NCBI GenBank assembly: GCA_001938485.1
Contig: MQRK01229959.1
Span: forward strand, 1 to 63,797
Length of the DNA: 63,797 bases
Direction: 5' to 3'
Source: Girardia tigrina
Taxonomy: Eukaryota
The notes beneath the pieces were generated by a model. It was not told the origin of the DNA, ran no database searches, and was given only the letters and a program-made list of their open reading frames with translations. This document shows, piece by piece, positions 1 to 11,825 of this stretch. A program made the translations under genes and the position numbers. The stretch's first letter is position 1. Every line of letters begins with the position of its first letter.

Positions 1-641
1 AGCTCGGCTTTCGTCATGCTGATTCCTGTGTCGATGAGAGTGAGAGTACCAGCGTCTTTGTCCGGGATGATTTTGATCATTAATTCTTTAGCGGTGTCGA
101 GCACGGATGGATCCGTCAATCTTTTATAGCGGATTTTGTCAAGCGCATCGCTGGAATTGGAGATCAATTCCCGAAAGAAAATCTCTTTGTTCGAGTAGAA
201 TGTGTTGATGATTAGACTCATCAACTGGGCGATTTCGGCTTGAAAGGTGAATGTCTCGGTTTCACAGTCGGTCATGATTAGAATTTGAAAGTTTTTGAAA
301 ATGATATTTCTATCTGTGGATTTCTTTAGCACCGATTTGCAGATTTCGATTTGATTCAACTCTATGAGTTTAAGAGCAAGACTCAATGCGAATTTCATTT
401 CCTTTTCTACACTCGAACTCGTTTTAATTATCAATCTCAAATTATCCCAATCGTTTGCCGTGATCATCGTATAAATTAGCTTTTTAATCGCCACGTTTTC
501 AAATAAATGAACTTCAAATTTGTAAACAATGGACAGAGTGTTATTGTGGTCTGGAGTGGCTTGCAGAGCGCCGCCTCCGCTATCGATCAGACACTGCATC
601 ACACGAATCACTTTCACTTGTTCATCAGTCATTGAATCCAT
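1..641 (-). CDS. HSP90: Chimeric ORF running off the window edge: 122-aa unknown leader fused in frame to an HSP90 N-terminal ATPase domain (HSP90 ATG at 275); possibly a pseudogene
   Basis: Manual translation of 275->1 gives [91 protein letters not shown], the cytosolic HSP90 signature. The frame stays open upstream to ATG 641 (stop at 648-650). Absent from the supplied ORF track, presumably because it lacks a stop in the window. Confidence 0.85.
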   Translation of the reverse strand, partial: MDSMTDEQVKVIRVMQCLIDSGGGALQATPDHNNTLSIVYKFEVHLFENVAIKKLIYTMITANDWDNLRLIIKTSSSVEKEMKFALSLALKLIELNQIEICKSVLKKSTDRNIIFKNFQILIMTDCETETFTFQAEIAQLMSLIINTFYSNKEIFFRELISNSSDALDKIRYKRLTDPSVLDTAKELMIKIIPDKDAGTLTLIDTGISMTKAE

Positions 642-2109
642 TAATCGTTAGACAAATAAAACATTTATTGTCACAATTCGATTTAATAAATCAATTCGTT
701 ATTCAACTCCTCAAGCGAACGCCCCAACAACAACTTTCCAGGAACAGTTCAAAAATACGTAAGTCAATTTTTTTTATTTGAATAATTGTGATTAATATTC
801 ACATTGTCATTTTAACAAAGCACACACACACGCAGTATATACATATCACACTTCCATCCAATTAAAACAAGCCACATATTCTCCCCTGATATCAACACAC
901 ACTCATTTTCCTCAGATATTGAAAACAAACTCACTCCGCTAAAGCACACTCGACACACTGAAATTGATGTAATCAATCAGCAAATAAAAATTTTAAAAAC
1001 AAATTATAGATGACATGGAACATAATTTTTCGGCGATCACAACATATCTTGAACGTTCTTATCATGAAAAGAAAGCTGAACTTGTTAAAAATAAGAAATT
1101 GTTCACTGAAAAATTTTAACAAAATGCCTGCAAGAAGGCATCGAAGGTCATTAAAGGTGACATGAAACAAGAATTTGCTGATAATAAGTGGTTGATTTGC
1201 AAGCGAAATATTCACAAAGAAAATTTTGAGGCTCTGAAAACAGAAGTAATTGAAAAAGAAAATATTGAATTAAACGAAAAGATATTTCAGTTAAAACAGT
1301 CTGATAAAAAATTTGCAAATCTGTTTTTAACTGATATAGAGCCACATGAAATCTTTTTTAATGAAGGTATCTTGGAATACAATATCGACCAAATATTTAA
1401 AGTAAATGATAATAATAACAAACGATATCCAAGTTTGTATTCCAATAAGACTGATATCGAAATTTTCAAATAAATAGAAATCGAGATCTGATTGTTTTTC
1501 AATTATATGGTAATCCAAAAGGCGGACTAAGCATTTCTAATTATATTAACATTATAATTATAGCAACCATTAAATTTCAGTTCTAGATAAAATTCATTAT
1601 TTAGTCTTTTTATCAACTTGGTTTACAGCAATCATCACAAAACCACATGAACGTGATGATCCCATATTCACCTATTCATATATACTTATATATTTTATTT
1701 AATTTAATTAATTTAAATGATTTAATTTAACTTTTATTTATTTTAATTATTTAATTTTATTTTAATTTTCCTTAATTAATTATTTTAATTAAATTATTTA
1801 AAATATTGATTTTATTTTTAACAAATGGGTTCAAAAAATGAGTTAAAACGGAATCGCAACGCGACCATTCTCATTCAATTCATTCGAATCACGTAAATAC
1901 ATACCGCTCAATTTCTCTCACTTTACCTCACACCGTATCGGCACACATACTCGCTAGCGACACCAAAAAACGTTGAAAATTAGAACAAATAAAACGAGTC
2001 ACATGACTAAATAATTTTAAAATCAATTAACTGAGTTTAACTCAGTTTTGATTTTAACTAAATTTTATTTAATTTTAAACATTATTTTATTAAAACTTGA
2101 TGAAACCCT

Positions 2110-2736
2110 AACCTATTTTGAACACACATGTTGGAGGCAGGTGTCTAAGAGACCACAGTGATAATTATGTCCCATCGTTATTTACTGTCAAAATATGGAA
2201 TAAACAGGTAGCCGGAAGTAATGGTAAAGCACGAACCACAAATATCACCGAGGGATTTCATTATGAATTACAATCTATATTTCAGTGTCACAGCCATAAC
2301 ATTTTGAACTCCTTGAATGGTATCAGGGCCGACGTGCAGAAGGAGAAACCAGGTACTTGCATGACGTTACAGGTATTACTGAGTTAGTCAGTCGTCGCTA
2401 TCAACACTTTAATGAACGTGTCAAAGAAGCTGTGGCCGGATATAGTCGTGTTGAAGTGTTAGTCTTCTAAATGCTTACGGTACTTTTCCTGATCAATTTT
2501 CACTGGATCATATTAAATCGATTTATATTAAGTCAATGGTTTGGAAACATGTTTCTTTGTTTGTCATTATATGTTTATGTGTGTGTAAAGCTTTTGTATT
2601 TATTCTAATATCTTGATTAATAATTAATTAAATTTTCAGCATATCAATTTTCACCCGATCAATTGACAATCAGGTCAACTTTAACAGGCGAATATGAACC
2701 GATCAATTTGTACGCGATCAATTGACCAGATACCCT
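2110..2736 (+). mobile_element. MULE/MuDR-like transposon 3' fragment
   Basis: ORF 2118-2387 has RTTNITEGFH...LQSIFQCH (RTNNxxEGxH motif of MULE transposase C-termini). The fragment ends in repeated GATCAATT units and ...CCAGATACCC, resembling a TIR. Confidence 0.6.
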
Positions 2737-3679
2737 AAATGTGTTATCAATAAATGATAGAAAAGTCATTTAATAGTTTCTACTTATATTCGTTAGCCAT
2801 AAAAATATTATTTTAATAAGAATCTAAAGCACTCTTTTAGAATCTACGCCCTAAAGTTGTTCATGACATTCTTTTGCTTGTATATATCATAAAATCCACG
2901 ATTGACTTTTGCATTTGAAATCAAAATTCAAATAAATTTTAATTTTCATTTAAATTATTTCTTTGAGATAAATTATGTAATTAGAGGATTTTAATGTTTA
3001 TTTTTTGCTTTTAAGTCAAAATTTTTAAACATTGTTTCAATAAACAGGAAATCCTTTTCACATCCTTTCAACAACTGTTTTTCTACTTAGTATTTTTATT
3101 CCTTCACCCACTTCTCGTTGTGATACGAAGTATAATGATTTCGTTTTCTATTTCAACAAGATTTTCAAAAGAAATAATTAAACAAACAAATATTTATTGA
3201 TGTAATTATTCTTAAATCTCTTTTACAGCTTTTAACTAATAAATATAAAAAAATTGATTAACAAAATGAATGATTCTTCGTCTTATTCTGCATAGAATCT
3301 AATTTTCATAATGATTTACGTTTTCCAGATTTGAAGCAAATCGTTAGGTATGGTTTTTTTTAATTTTTGACCTGCTCAATTCAAAAAAAGCTATACCCTT
3401 ATAATATCCAGAAAGATAGCAAAACACGAAGAGTTAAAAAATAAAGTTAACAGACAGAAAGAAGATATACACTCAAGTGTTTAGTAATGAATTATATAAT
3501 TGATTTCGAAATAAAAATATCTCTCCAAAGGGTTCTTAAAACGAAAAATATATAATGAGAATAAGAGCGTTCAATACTTTATTTGAATTTTTTAAATTTT
3601 TTTTAAATTCCTTCTAACATAACAACTTCAATACAACATGAAGTAATGAAAATTGAAATTATAGAAATTATGAATACAT

Positions 3680-4700
3680 GAAAATGTCACATTAGAGTTT
3701 AGATTTTAGTACAGAATTGGAGAATAAATGTCTACCACCTTCAGCTATACACAAACTTAGACATGAAAAAACCATATCCACAAGAGAGATGATCATATTG
3801 TTTGGAATTTGCTTAAAGTGCTTGCTAAATTCTCTGTTTAAGTTCTGTTTAAGTAAGAGATATTGGAATTGGATGATAAACATTGGCGTTTAATATTCCC
3901 CTACCAAAGAAATCACATGGATCTTCACTTCTGACAGACCATGAAATGTCAAAACCTTTCCGATAAGCCTATCACAAAACTGTCTTTGAAGAAGTTTTTT
4001 TTTGTTTTGTTAGCTGTATCAGTTGTAGCCCCATCCTACTGGAAAATGATTACGAAGAATTTCTTTGTTGCTTATTATTGTGACAAAATATGATGAAGAA
4101 ACAATTCTCAATATATGTATGCTAAAACGCTACAAGTCTCACCATCATAATCCTAAAAGAAAAAAAGGTTTGAACTTGAAGTTTCTTGAGAAGAATACCA
4201 CAAGGGTTGTTCATGAAATTCGTGTGGATTGCATGAACTCCAAATTATATTATTTTAAGAATTAATTGCAATATTCAAATGACAATTTGACATATCAGAC
4301 CAGAACACATTGTTCAGAAAGTTTGGATCATGTTCAAACATTTTCAGAATGGATTCACAATAAGACTTTTGTTCTTTATAACCCTCAGCTCTGAGAGCAT
4401 GGATAACATGAAGACGATATGAATACAGATGAAAATGCTATTAAAAGATCTTCCTAATTGTTGATTGAGGAATGTTGGTAAGTGTAGTAATTTAGGTATA
4501 GGTAATGTGGTCATCTGCTGCAACGACGTTCTACCCTTCATCAATCTTTTCTTGTTCTAGTGAGGGTTGACAAGATTTAGCTTTGTCTTTAACTGTCCAA
4601 ATTGTTCACATTTTTAATCAAGACTGTTAATGTGTTACTGTAGGAACAATCAGGTTCATTTTGAATTATTTAACTTGTTTTAAACCTTTGAAAAGAAAAA
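3680..4700 (-). mobile_element. Heavily decayed Tc1/mariner transposase remnant
   Basis: Minus-strand remnants VFWSDMSNCHL, FQ*DGATTDTA, WSVRSEDPCDFF and LCIAEGGRHL match the FSDE / FQQDGA / WPPRSPDLxPCDFF / C-terminal motifs. No TIRs recognised. Confidence 0.6.
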
Positions 4701-4960
4701 GCTTCATTCCTTCATTTTCATTATAAAACTGAACAAGTAATATATTGTTCTCAAAAGTAATTAACGTGACATTATTTTATATTTGAATTACTGCAAACAT
4801 AATTCCTATAATATAAACAGAAATATTTGAATATTCAAAATAAATGTCGAAAAATTTATAAATCAATAACATTTTGAAGTTTGTATGTTACTTTATGTAA
4901 ACCCTAAATATAAGTTAAATAAGTAATAAAATGAATAATATATTTATAATAATTATTTTA

Positions 4961-5351
4961 TCTTATAAAAGCCCAAGTCACTCACTGCTTCACTAACGCT
5001 CATATTATCTACTTACAATTGTAAGTAGATAATATGAGCATTCTTAATTTTGACTTTTTAAGCAAATTTTGGNNNNNNNNNNNNNNNNNNNNNNNNNNNN
5101 NNNNNNNNNNNNNNNNNNNNNNNNNNNNNNNNNNNNNNNNNNNNNNNNNACTTCTCAAAAGGGTAATTTACTGAATAATGAACGAGTATTTACCAAAAAT
5201 ATAGTTTATAAAGAAATTTTGTGAAGACACTTATTTCTAATGATTAAATGTGGAAAACAAAAGAATTTAAAAAAAAATGTCTTTTGAAAATTTATTTGAA
5301 ATTTTAACTCTATATAATTATATCCGTCATACATGACGGGTTATTTACTAG
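4961..5351 (+). mobile_element. Non-autonomous Helitron (spans an assembly gap)
   Basis: 5' TC after A at 4960; subterminal hairpin CCGTCATACATGACGG (5324-5339); 3' CTAG (5348-5351) followed by T; no TSD. Confidence 0.65.
4998..5039. repeat. Perfect 42-bp palindrome with no loop
   Basis: GCTCATATTATCTACTTACAA|TTGTAAGTAGATAATATGAGC. Confidence 0.95.
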
Positions 5352-5508
5352 TTATATATATTGGGTTCGTGATCAAAATTCGAAGTCATAATTTGCAAAC
5401 TTTATTTCTACTACAATTTTCATTAGTGAAACAAATTTATGAGGAACAATATTTCAATTACATAATCCAGATCTAAAAATTCTAATTATAAATAATAATA
5501 TCGGTGTT

Positions 5509-5511
<3 letters not shown>

Positions 5512-5551
<40 letters not shown>

Positions 5552-5601
5552 NNNNNNNNNNNNNNNNNNNNNNNNNNNNNNNNNNNNNNNNNNNNNNNNN
5601 N

Positions 5602-5638
<37 letters not shown>
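5512..5638. repeat. (TA)n microsatellite spanning a gap
   Basis: Direct reading; TA runs on both sides of the N stretch. Confidence 0.95.
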
Positions 5639-5643
<5 letters not shown>

Positions 5644-7060
5644 TTCTTCAATTTTGCATAAATCTTATTTTGTTTCTGTTTTATTAATTTTATACAATGT
5701 TTATAAATTTAGATCTTTAAAAATATTTTACTGGATATATCCTGTAAAAATTCAATTACTAAATAATTTTTATTTTAAATCATTTCATTTTAAATTATTT
5801 TTTTAATAAAACTTTCCATTGACAATTAAATTCAATAACATTATGATTTTTATTTTAGACTTGATTTTAAAATATTCAATAAATTATTTTTTTAATAAAA
5901 ACTTTCCGTGTACAATTAAATTCGATAAACATTCTAATTTTATTTTAAATAGTGTTACAAGATATATCAAAATCTTCTTTACAATATTCTTTAACTTCGA
6001 AGATGATATTTTAATTGTGAATTTTTACAACTTAATTTTTATAAAAATTTGTCCCAATTTAATTAAAATATTATCATTACTCTAAAATGTTTTACAAAAA
6101 TTATTTCAATTTAATTAGTAGAAATATTACCTATAAAATATATTTTTTATGCAATCTAATTTATTTTAATTAGTAAAAAATACTATCTATAAACTTAATT
6201 TTTTTATTTAAAAAATTATTTCATTTTAATTAGTCGAACATTATTTTTAATTTATTTAAAATATAAATATGATTTTTAATTTAAAAATATCAAAAATTTA
6301 AAGTTCACCAAAAAGAACCGCAACAATATATAAATCAAAAGAATGGGTACAATAACTGGAAAAGAGAAATTGTTGTCCGTTGAAAGCATAAAAAACGATC
6401 AGAAATATATATTTTTTTACTTTTTAATTTCTAAGGAATTTATCGCAAATTATGCGCAATCAGTGCTGTTTGGTTTATGGAAAAGTAATATTTGTAAGTA
6501 TTCGTTGATCCCGGAGACAATCGACGGGAGGAAGCGAGACAAAATAGAACAAATCCAACAATCTCCGATTCACAGTAAAGAATTTATTTCAATTTTTTTC
6601 ATATTAATAGTAAAATAGATTTTTCGTCTAATATTTATTATTACAAATAATATCTTACAATTTCAATTTTGCTATTTAATGACATTCGTGGTAAAGGAAT
6701 ATTTTCTCTATTTATGGAAAATTAAGGGTTCAAATAGGTTATTAACGCCATCAATATGATTTTTTAAAACTTTCTTAACATCACAATCAGAATTGTCATG
6801 ACAACAATTATTCAAACCACTTTCACTATTCGACATTTTTCTTGATTAATATATTTTCTAAATTTAAACTAATTTTACAATAAATGAAAAATATTTATTA
6901 ATAATTACTAATTATAAAGATTCTAATTGGTTAAAATAAAATGTTAACATTTTTTAAAAAGTACCATTTAAATTGAATATATTAAAATTTTATTATTTTT
7001 TTTATTAAAATTAAATGTAATTATTTTTAATTAATAAGAATCAAAGAAAATAACAATCAG

Positions 7061-7144
7061 CCATTTGAGAAGGAGAGACACAATCCGAATCAACATACAA
7101 CATGCACAATATAAAACAACAAACAATTCAAAACATTCTTCACA
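7061..7144 (-). other. Bipartite dispersed motif, copy 1
   Basis: Reverse complement TGTGAAGAATGTTTTGAAT...GTATGTTGATTCGGATTGTGTCTCTCCTTCTCAAATGG. Confidence 0.75.
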
Positions 7145-7481
7145 CAGGTCTTGTAGTATGGAAATGTTTTTTGATAGTACATTTGATTAATGTTGACAAG
7201 TTTTTGTTGACCATTTAGCTTTAAACTCTTCCATATCATGGTTATGATAATGAAAGCGATGTTACTTGATTCTGAAAGTGAAGTTACGGGTGATTGGAAA
7301 ACGAACCTTTTAAAACATTTATTTATCATCCTGACATTATTTATGGGGTAGGCAGTTAGTAAATTAATTATGCTAGATAAAGAATTTCGTTACAAATATT
7401 ATATCCTCAATTTAACTACCTCCTGAACGACCGAATAATGAATGGTCATAATTGATTCTCATAAGTATAGACTTTACAATA

Positions 7482-8792
7482 CAGGGTGATCATAAAGTAA
7501 CTACTGGGTTTTAAACTGCAAAAACTTTTTTGTCAAAACATTATGAAAAAAATGGTTTTAAATAACAAAAAAGCATTTATTACAATTTAATAATATTCAA
7601 CAGAATAACCATGGACATCAATACAATGTTTTAGGTGTCCATGAAAAGACTTAATGGCATTTTGGAACATTTCACCATCTATTTTTGCAGCTTCTTGACA
7701 ATTTAAAATCTTTAAGTTGTTGAATTGTTTCTGGTCTTCTCTTATACACTTCATTCTTCAAATACCCTCACACAAAAAAATCGAGTGGTGTCAAATCAAG
7801 GGACCTGGCCGGCCATACATAGGGATCACATCGTCCCAGCCAACGTTGTGGAAACGCTTCATCCAGAAATTTTCGCACAATCAGTGAATAATGGGCAGGT
7901 GCTCTATCTTGCTGGAACACAGCTTTCCGTGTGCATGTTCTTGATAACGATGACATAAAGCAACTTTTTAACATATCCAGGTAAAGTGCCGCTGTTATGT
8001 TTCCTTCAATAAAAAACGTCTCATAAACACGAGTTGAAGACAACCCCATTAAAACATTAACTTTTTTTACTAGCCTGTGACTTCTGATATGTTTCGGTTG
8101 GTGTTTCAGTGCCCCAAATGCGAAAGTTATGTCTGTTTACAATGCCATTAAGATGGAAAGTTGACTCATTAGAGAATATCAGGTTACTAAGAAAATTATC
8201 ATCTGCATCTATCGATTGAATTAACGCTTCACACATAACACGTCTAAGAGCGCAATCTTCATCATACAAAAGTTGCGTGGCTTGAATTCTGTAGGGGAAC
8301 ATTTTTAAGTCGTTTCGTAATAATTTTTGAACAGTTCCATAAGAGCAATTCAGAGTTGACAACGATTTCCTGATAGAAGACTGGGGTTCTTCCTTAAAAT
8401 GTTCAGCTATCTCTTTTTTCTTTTCATCATCAATTGGTGGTCTTCCAGATTTTGGGGTCTGGAACGTTTCATGTATCTTCAAACTTTTTGAAGATGCTTC
8501 TAATGCTTTTTTCGGTTAGAATATTTTTCCATTTAATTCGTTGAAGTTCTCTTCTTATTAAAGTCACTGATTCATACTTCGCAAATAAAATAACCCTTTT
8601 TGCAGGGTGATTTACATCCAATTTGAATCTTACTCTTAAAAAATAACAACAATTAATACATTTAAGCAAAATGTACTTTTAATTAAATTTTAAAGAATAA
8701 GCTGTAAGATACCTTTATAATTACAAAGAAATACAATATAATTCAAAGGTTATTGCAGTTTAAAACTCGATAGTTACTTTATGATCACCCTG
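7482..8792 (-). mobile_element. Full-length but inactivated Tc1/mariner element, DD41D (rosa/Visitor-type)
   Basis: ~40-bp TIRs CAGGGTGATCATAAAGTAACTA... with TA TSDs. Transposase split into 3 ORFs (8669-8469, 8482-8057, 8049-7768). 41 residues between the D of FQQDRAP and the D of PLDFF; first catalytic D mutated (FSNES). Confidence 0.93.
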
Positions 8793-9383
8793 TATATATA
8801 ATTTATCTTAAACAAGAAAGATTTATATGTCTAGGTCATATTGTACACAATAAAATATATTTCAAAAACTTTTGAGAATATTTGAAAACATTTTGGAGAA
8901 CACAAAATATGTTTTTGATCACAATTTAACATGTTTTAACATGTTACATTTCTTTTTTACTTGATTTTACTTCTTTCTCACAATTATGCTCGCGTATTTT
9001 ACTTTCAAGATGTAAACAAAATATTTAAAGAGTAAACGAATTTTAAGAACTTTTTATTCAAATGATTTATTACTTGTGCAATAGAAAAATAAAACTTAAA
9101 GTTACATAAAATATCCTCAGTTTTTCTTAAAAAATTAAACTTTATATAATTATTCATCAGATACAAAGAAAACATTGGCAAATCTTTCAAAAAATCAAAA
9201 ATACCATTTGGATCTGAAAAATTTATTTATTTTAAATTTTCTTTTTTCGCGATATATATCAAGTGATTCTCCATCATCTTCAGACAAAATTTTAATAAAA
9301 TTTTAAATGATTGTTCAATCAAATTATGCAATAGCTAATTAAATACTTTAGACAAAGTAGAAGAGGTGTTTGTTTGGACATTA

Positions 9384-11825
9384 CAGGCATACCTCGTTTA
9401 GCGCTCATATTGCGTTCCTGAAAATTGAGCGTTTACAGAAACAGCGTTAAAAGAGGTGCTATTTACACTAAAATATGGGGTTACGTTCCTAACCAATATT
9501 TTTGGTACTTTGAAGTGAAAAATAAAAAAGATGGTATTTTTATTTTGAAATAAAAATTTTATTTCATTTATACTTCATTTAAAAATTAGAAAATAAATTA
9601 GAATTCAATATAACAAAATAATTTCAATAAAAACAAAAAAATACAGTCAACCCTCATTAATCCGAAAAATTAAAAATCGAATTCCTTTCGGATTGTGAAA
9701 TAATTCGGATAATGAGGGAATATAAAATCAATATTATTATTAAATAAATGATGNNNNNNNNNNNNNNNNNNNNNNNNNNNNNNNNNNNNNNNNNNNNNNN
9801 NNNNNNNNNNNNNNNNNNNNNNNNNNNNNNNNNNNNNNNNNNNNNNNNNNNNNNNNNNNNNNNNNNNNNNNNNNNNNNNNNNNNNNNNNNNNNNNNNNNN
9901 NNNNNNNNNNNNNNNNNNNNNNNNNNNNNNNNNNNNNNNNNNNNNNNNNNNNNNNNNNNNNNNNNNNNNNNNNNNNNNNNNNNNNNNNNNNNNNNNNNNN
10001 NNNNNNNNNNNNNNNNNNNNNNNNNNNNNNNNNNNNNNNNNNNNNNNNNNNNNNNNNNNNNNNNNNNNNNNNNNNNNNNNNNNNNNNNNNNNNNNNNNNN
10101 NNNNNNNNNNNNNNNNNNNNNNNNNNNNNNNNNNNNNNNNNNNNNNNNNNNNNNNNNNNNNNNNNNNNNNNNNNNNNNNNNNNNNNNNNNNNNNNNNNNN
10201 NNNNNNNNNNNNNNNNNNNNNNNNNNNNNNNNNNNNNNNNNNNNNNNNNNNNNNNNNNNNNNNNNNNNNNNNNNNNNNNNNNNNNNNNNNNNNNNNNNNN
10301 NNNNNNNNNNNNNNNNNNNNNNNNNNNNNNNNNNNNNNNNNNNNNNNNNNNNNNNNNNNNNNNNNNNNNNNNNNNNNNNNNNNNNNNNNNNNNNNNNNNN
10401 NNNNNNNNNNNNNNNNNNNATGAATCAATTTTGGCTAAAAACTTTTGAAAATTGGCCAGATATATTTTTTATTTTTCGGATTATGAAGTTTCCGGATTAT
10501 TGAGGTTCGGATTAATGGGGGTTGACTGTATATTAATACATATCACAAAATAAAGGCGTAAATTCATATTTAACTATTTTTTTTAAAAAATGTGGGTAAG
10601 CTTGTTTGCTTAAACAGTTCTCTTTTTTCTTTTAAAATTTCCATGTAGGGTGATAAAGTGTTCATTACTCCTCGTTTGGGGAGTAATTGGGATCATTTTC
10701 ACTTAAATCTTCTAAGGCATTTTGGATTATCCCTAGATTATGTTCCAAACATTTTTTCGGTAAAATATTTTCTGTTAAATCTACTGTTTCTAGCGTTGGC
10801 TCCGCAATTTCTGGCTGAATTTGTGATAAATTAGCTATCAGATCTTCATTAGAGATACCATGGTCATCACTTTCAATTAGTTTTTGAATGTTTCCCTCAT
10901 CAACTTCCTCAAATCCAATATCATTTGCTATTTCCGTTATTTCTGTAATAACTTGTGGTAGTTCATTAATTATTTCTTCTTCAACCGTTTTAATAAGCAA
11001 GCAGTTCCAACATCCTTCGAGACAACTTTGTTGCACTTCATTCCATGATGAACCGATATTTTCTATGGCATTCATGATATTAAATTTCTTCCAAAATTCT
11101 TTGATGGAACATTGATGACTGTCAACCGCTTCAACTAGTTGCTTAAAGGTTTTTCGGATATAATAAGCCTTGAAATTTGCAATCACTCCTTGGTCCATCA
11201 GTTGCAAAATTGATGTGGTATTTGGAGGTGTAAAAAAATTTCTACAGACAAACAAGTTTGAAATTGTAATAAATTTTGAGGGTGTCCAGGAGCATTGTCG
11301 AGAATCATCAATGCTTTTTTTGTAATCCATTTCTTTCGCAATACGATTTTACAGCAGGACAGAAATGGTCTTGATACCATTTTTTAAATAAAATTGCTGT
11401 CATCCATGCTTTTCGATTTGCCATCCAAATCACAGGCATTGATTGTTTAGAAATCTCTTTCATTGACCTGGGATTTTCAGAATGGTAAATGAGTAGCGGT
11501 TTCATTCTGAAATCCCCAGTTGAATTTCCACCTAATAATAAGGTTAAACGATCTTTCGCGGCTTTAAAAATGTATGTAAAATTTTCGCGGCTTTTGCTAT
11601 ATGAAGCAGTTGGTTCCCAAAATAAAATGTTTTTTATGATACCTACATATCATAAAAAACATTTTATTTTTGCTTTTCTAAATAGTAACAATTTTCATAT
11701 GAAATTAGAAAAAGAAAACCTTTTAAAAAATATTTTGAAGTTAAAATTATTTTTTTTTCATAAAATCAAAAGAGCGCTATAACGAAACAGCGCTAAAAGA
11801 GGTAGCGTTAATCGAGGTATACCTG
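9384..11825 (-). mobile_element. pogo/Tigger-like DNA transposon, internally deleted and frameshifted
   Basis: TIRs CAGGCATACCTCGTTTAGCGCT / CAGGTATACCTCGATTAACGCT with TA TSD. DDE_1-type motifs KDRLTLLLGGNSTGD, NRKAWMT, ILDNAPGHP, PPNTTSILQLMDQGVI. Confidence 0.92.
9644..10528. mobile_element. pogo/Tigger-type non-autonomous element nested in the Tigger copy (mostly gap)
   Basis: TIRs CAGTCAACCCTCATTAATCCGAA / TTCGGATTAATGGGGGTTGACTG with TA TSD. Confidence 0.85.

Noticed and set aside
973-1518. Lys/Glu-rich ORF 1162-1473 with an upstream in-frame extension past a stop
   Set aside because: No recognisable domain; could be a decayed coding remnant but cannot be assigned.
6340-6620. Possible downstream protocadherin cytoplasmic exon
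   Set aside because: No convincing minus-strand acceptor or donor, and no protocadherin cytoplasmic motif.
9670-10503. Long ORFs in the track (also 20742-22013 and 33790-34161)
   Set aside because: Artefacts of N-gaps translated as X.
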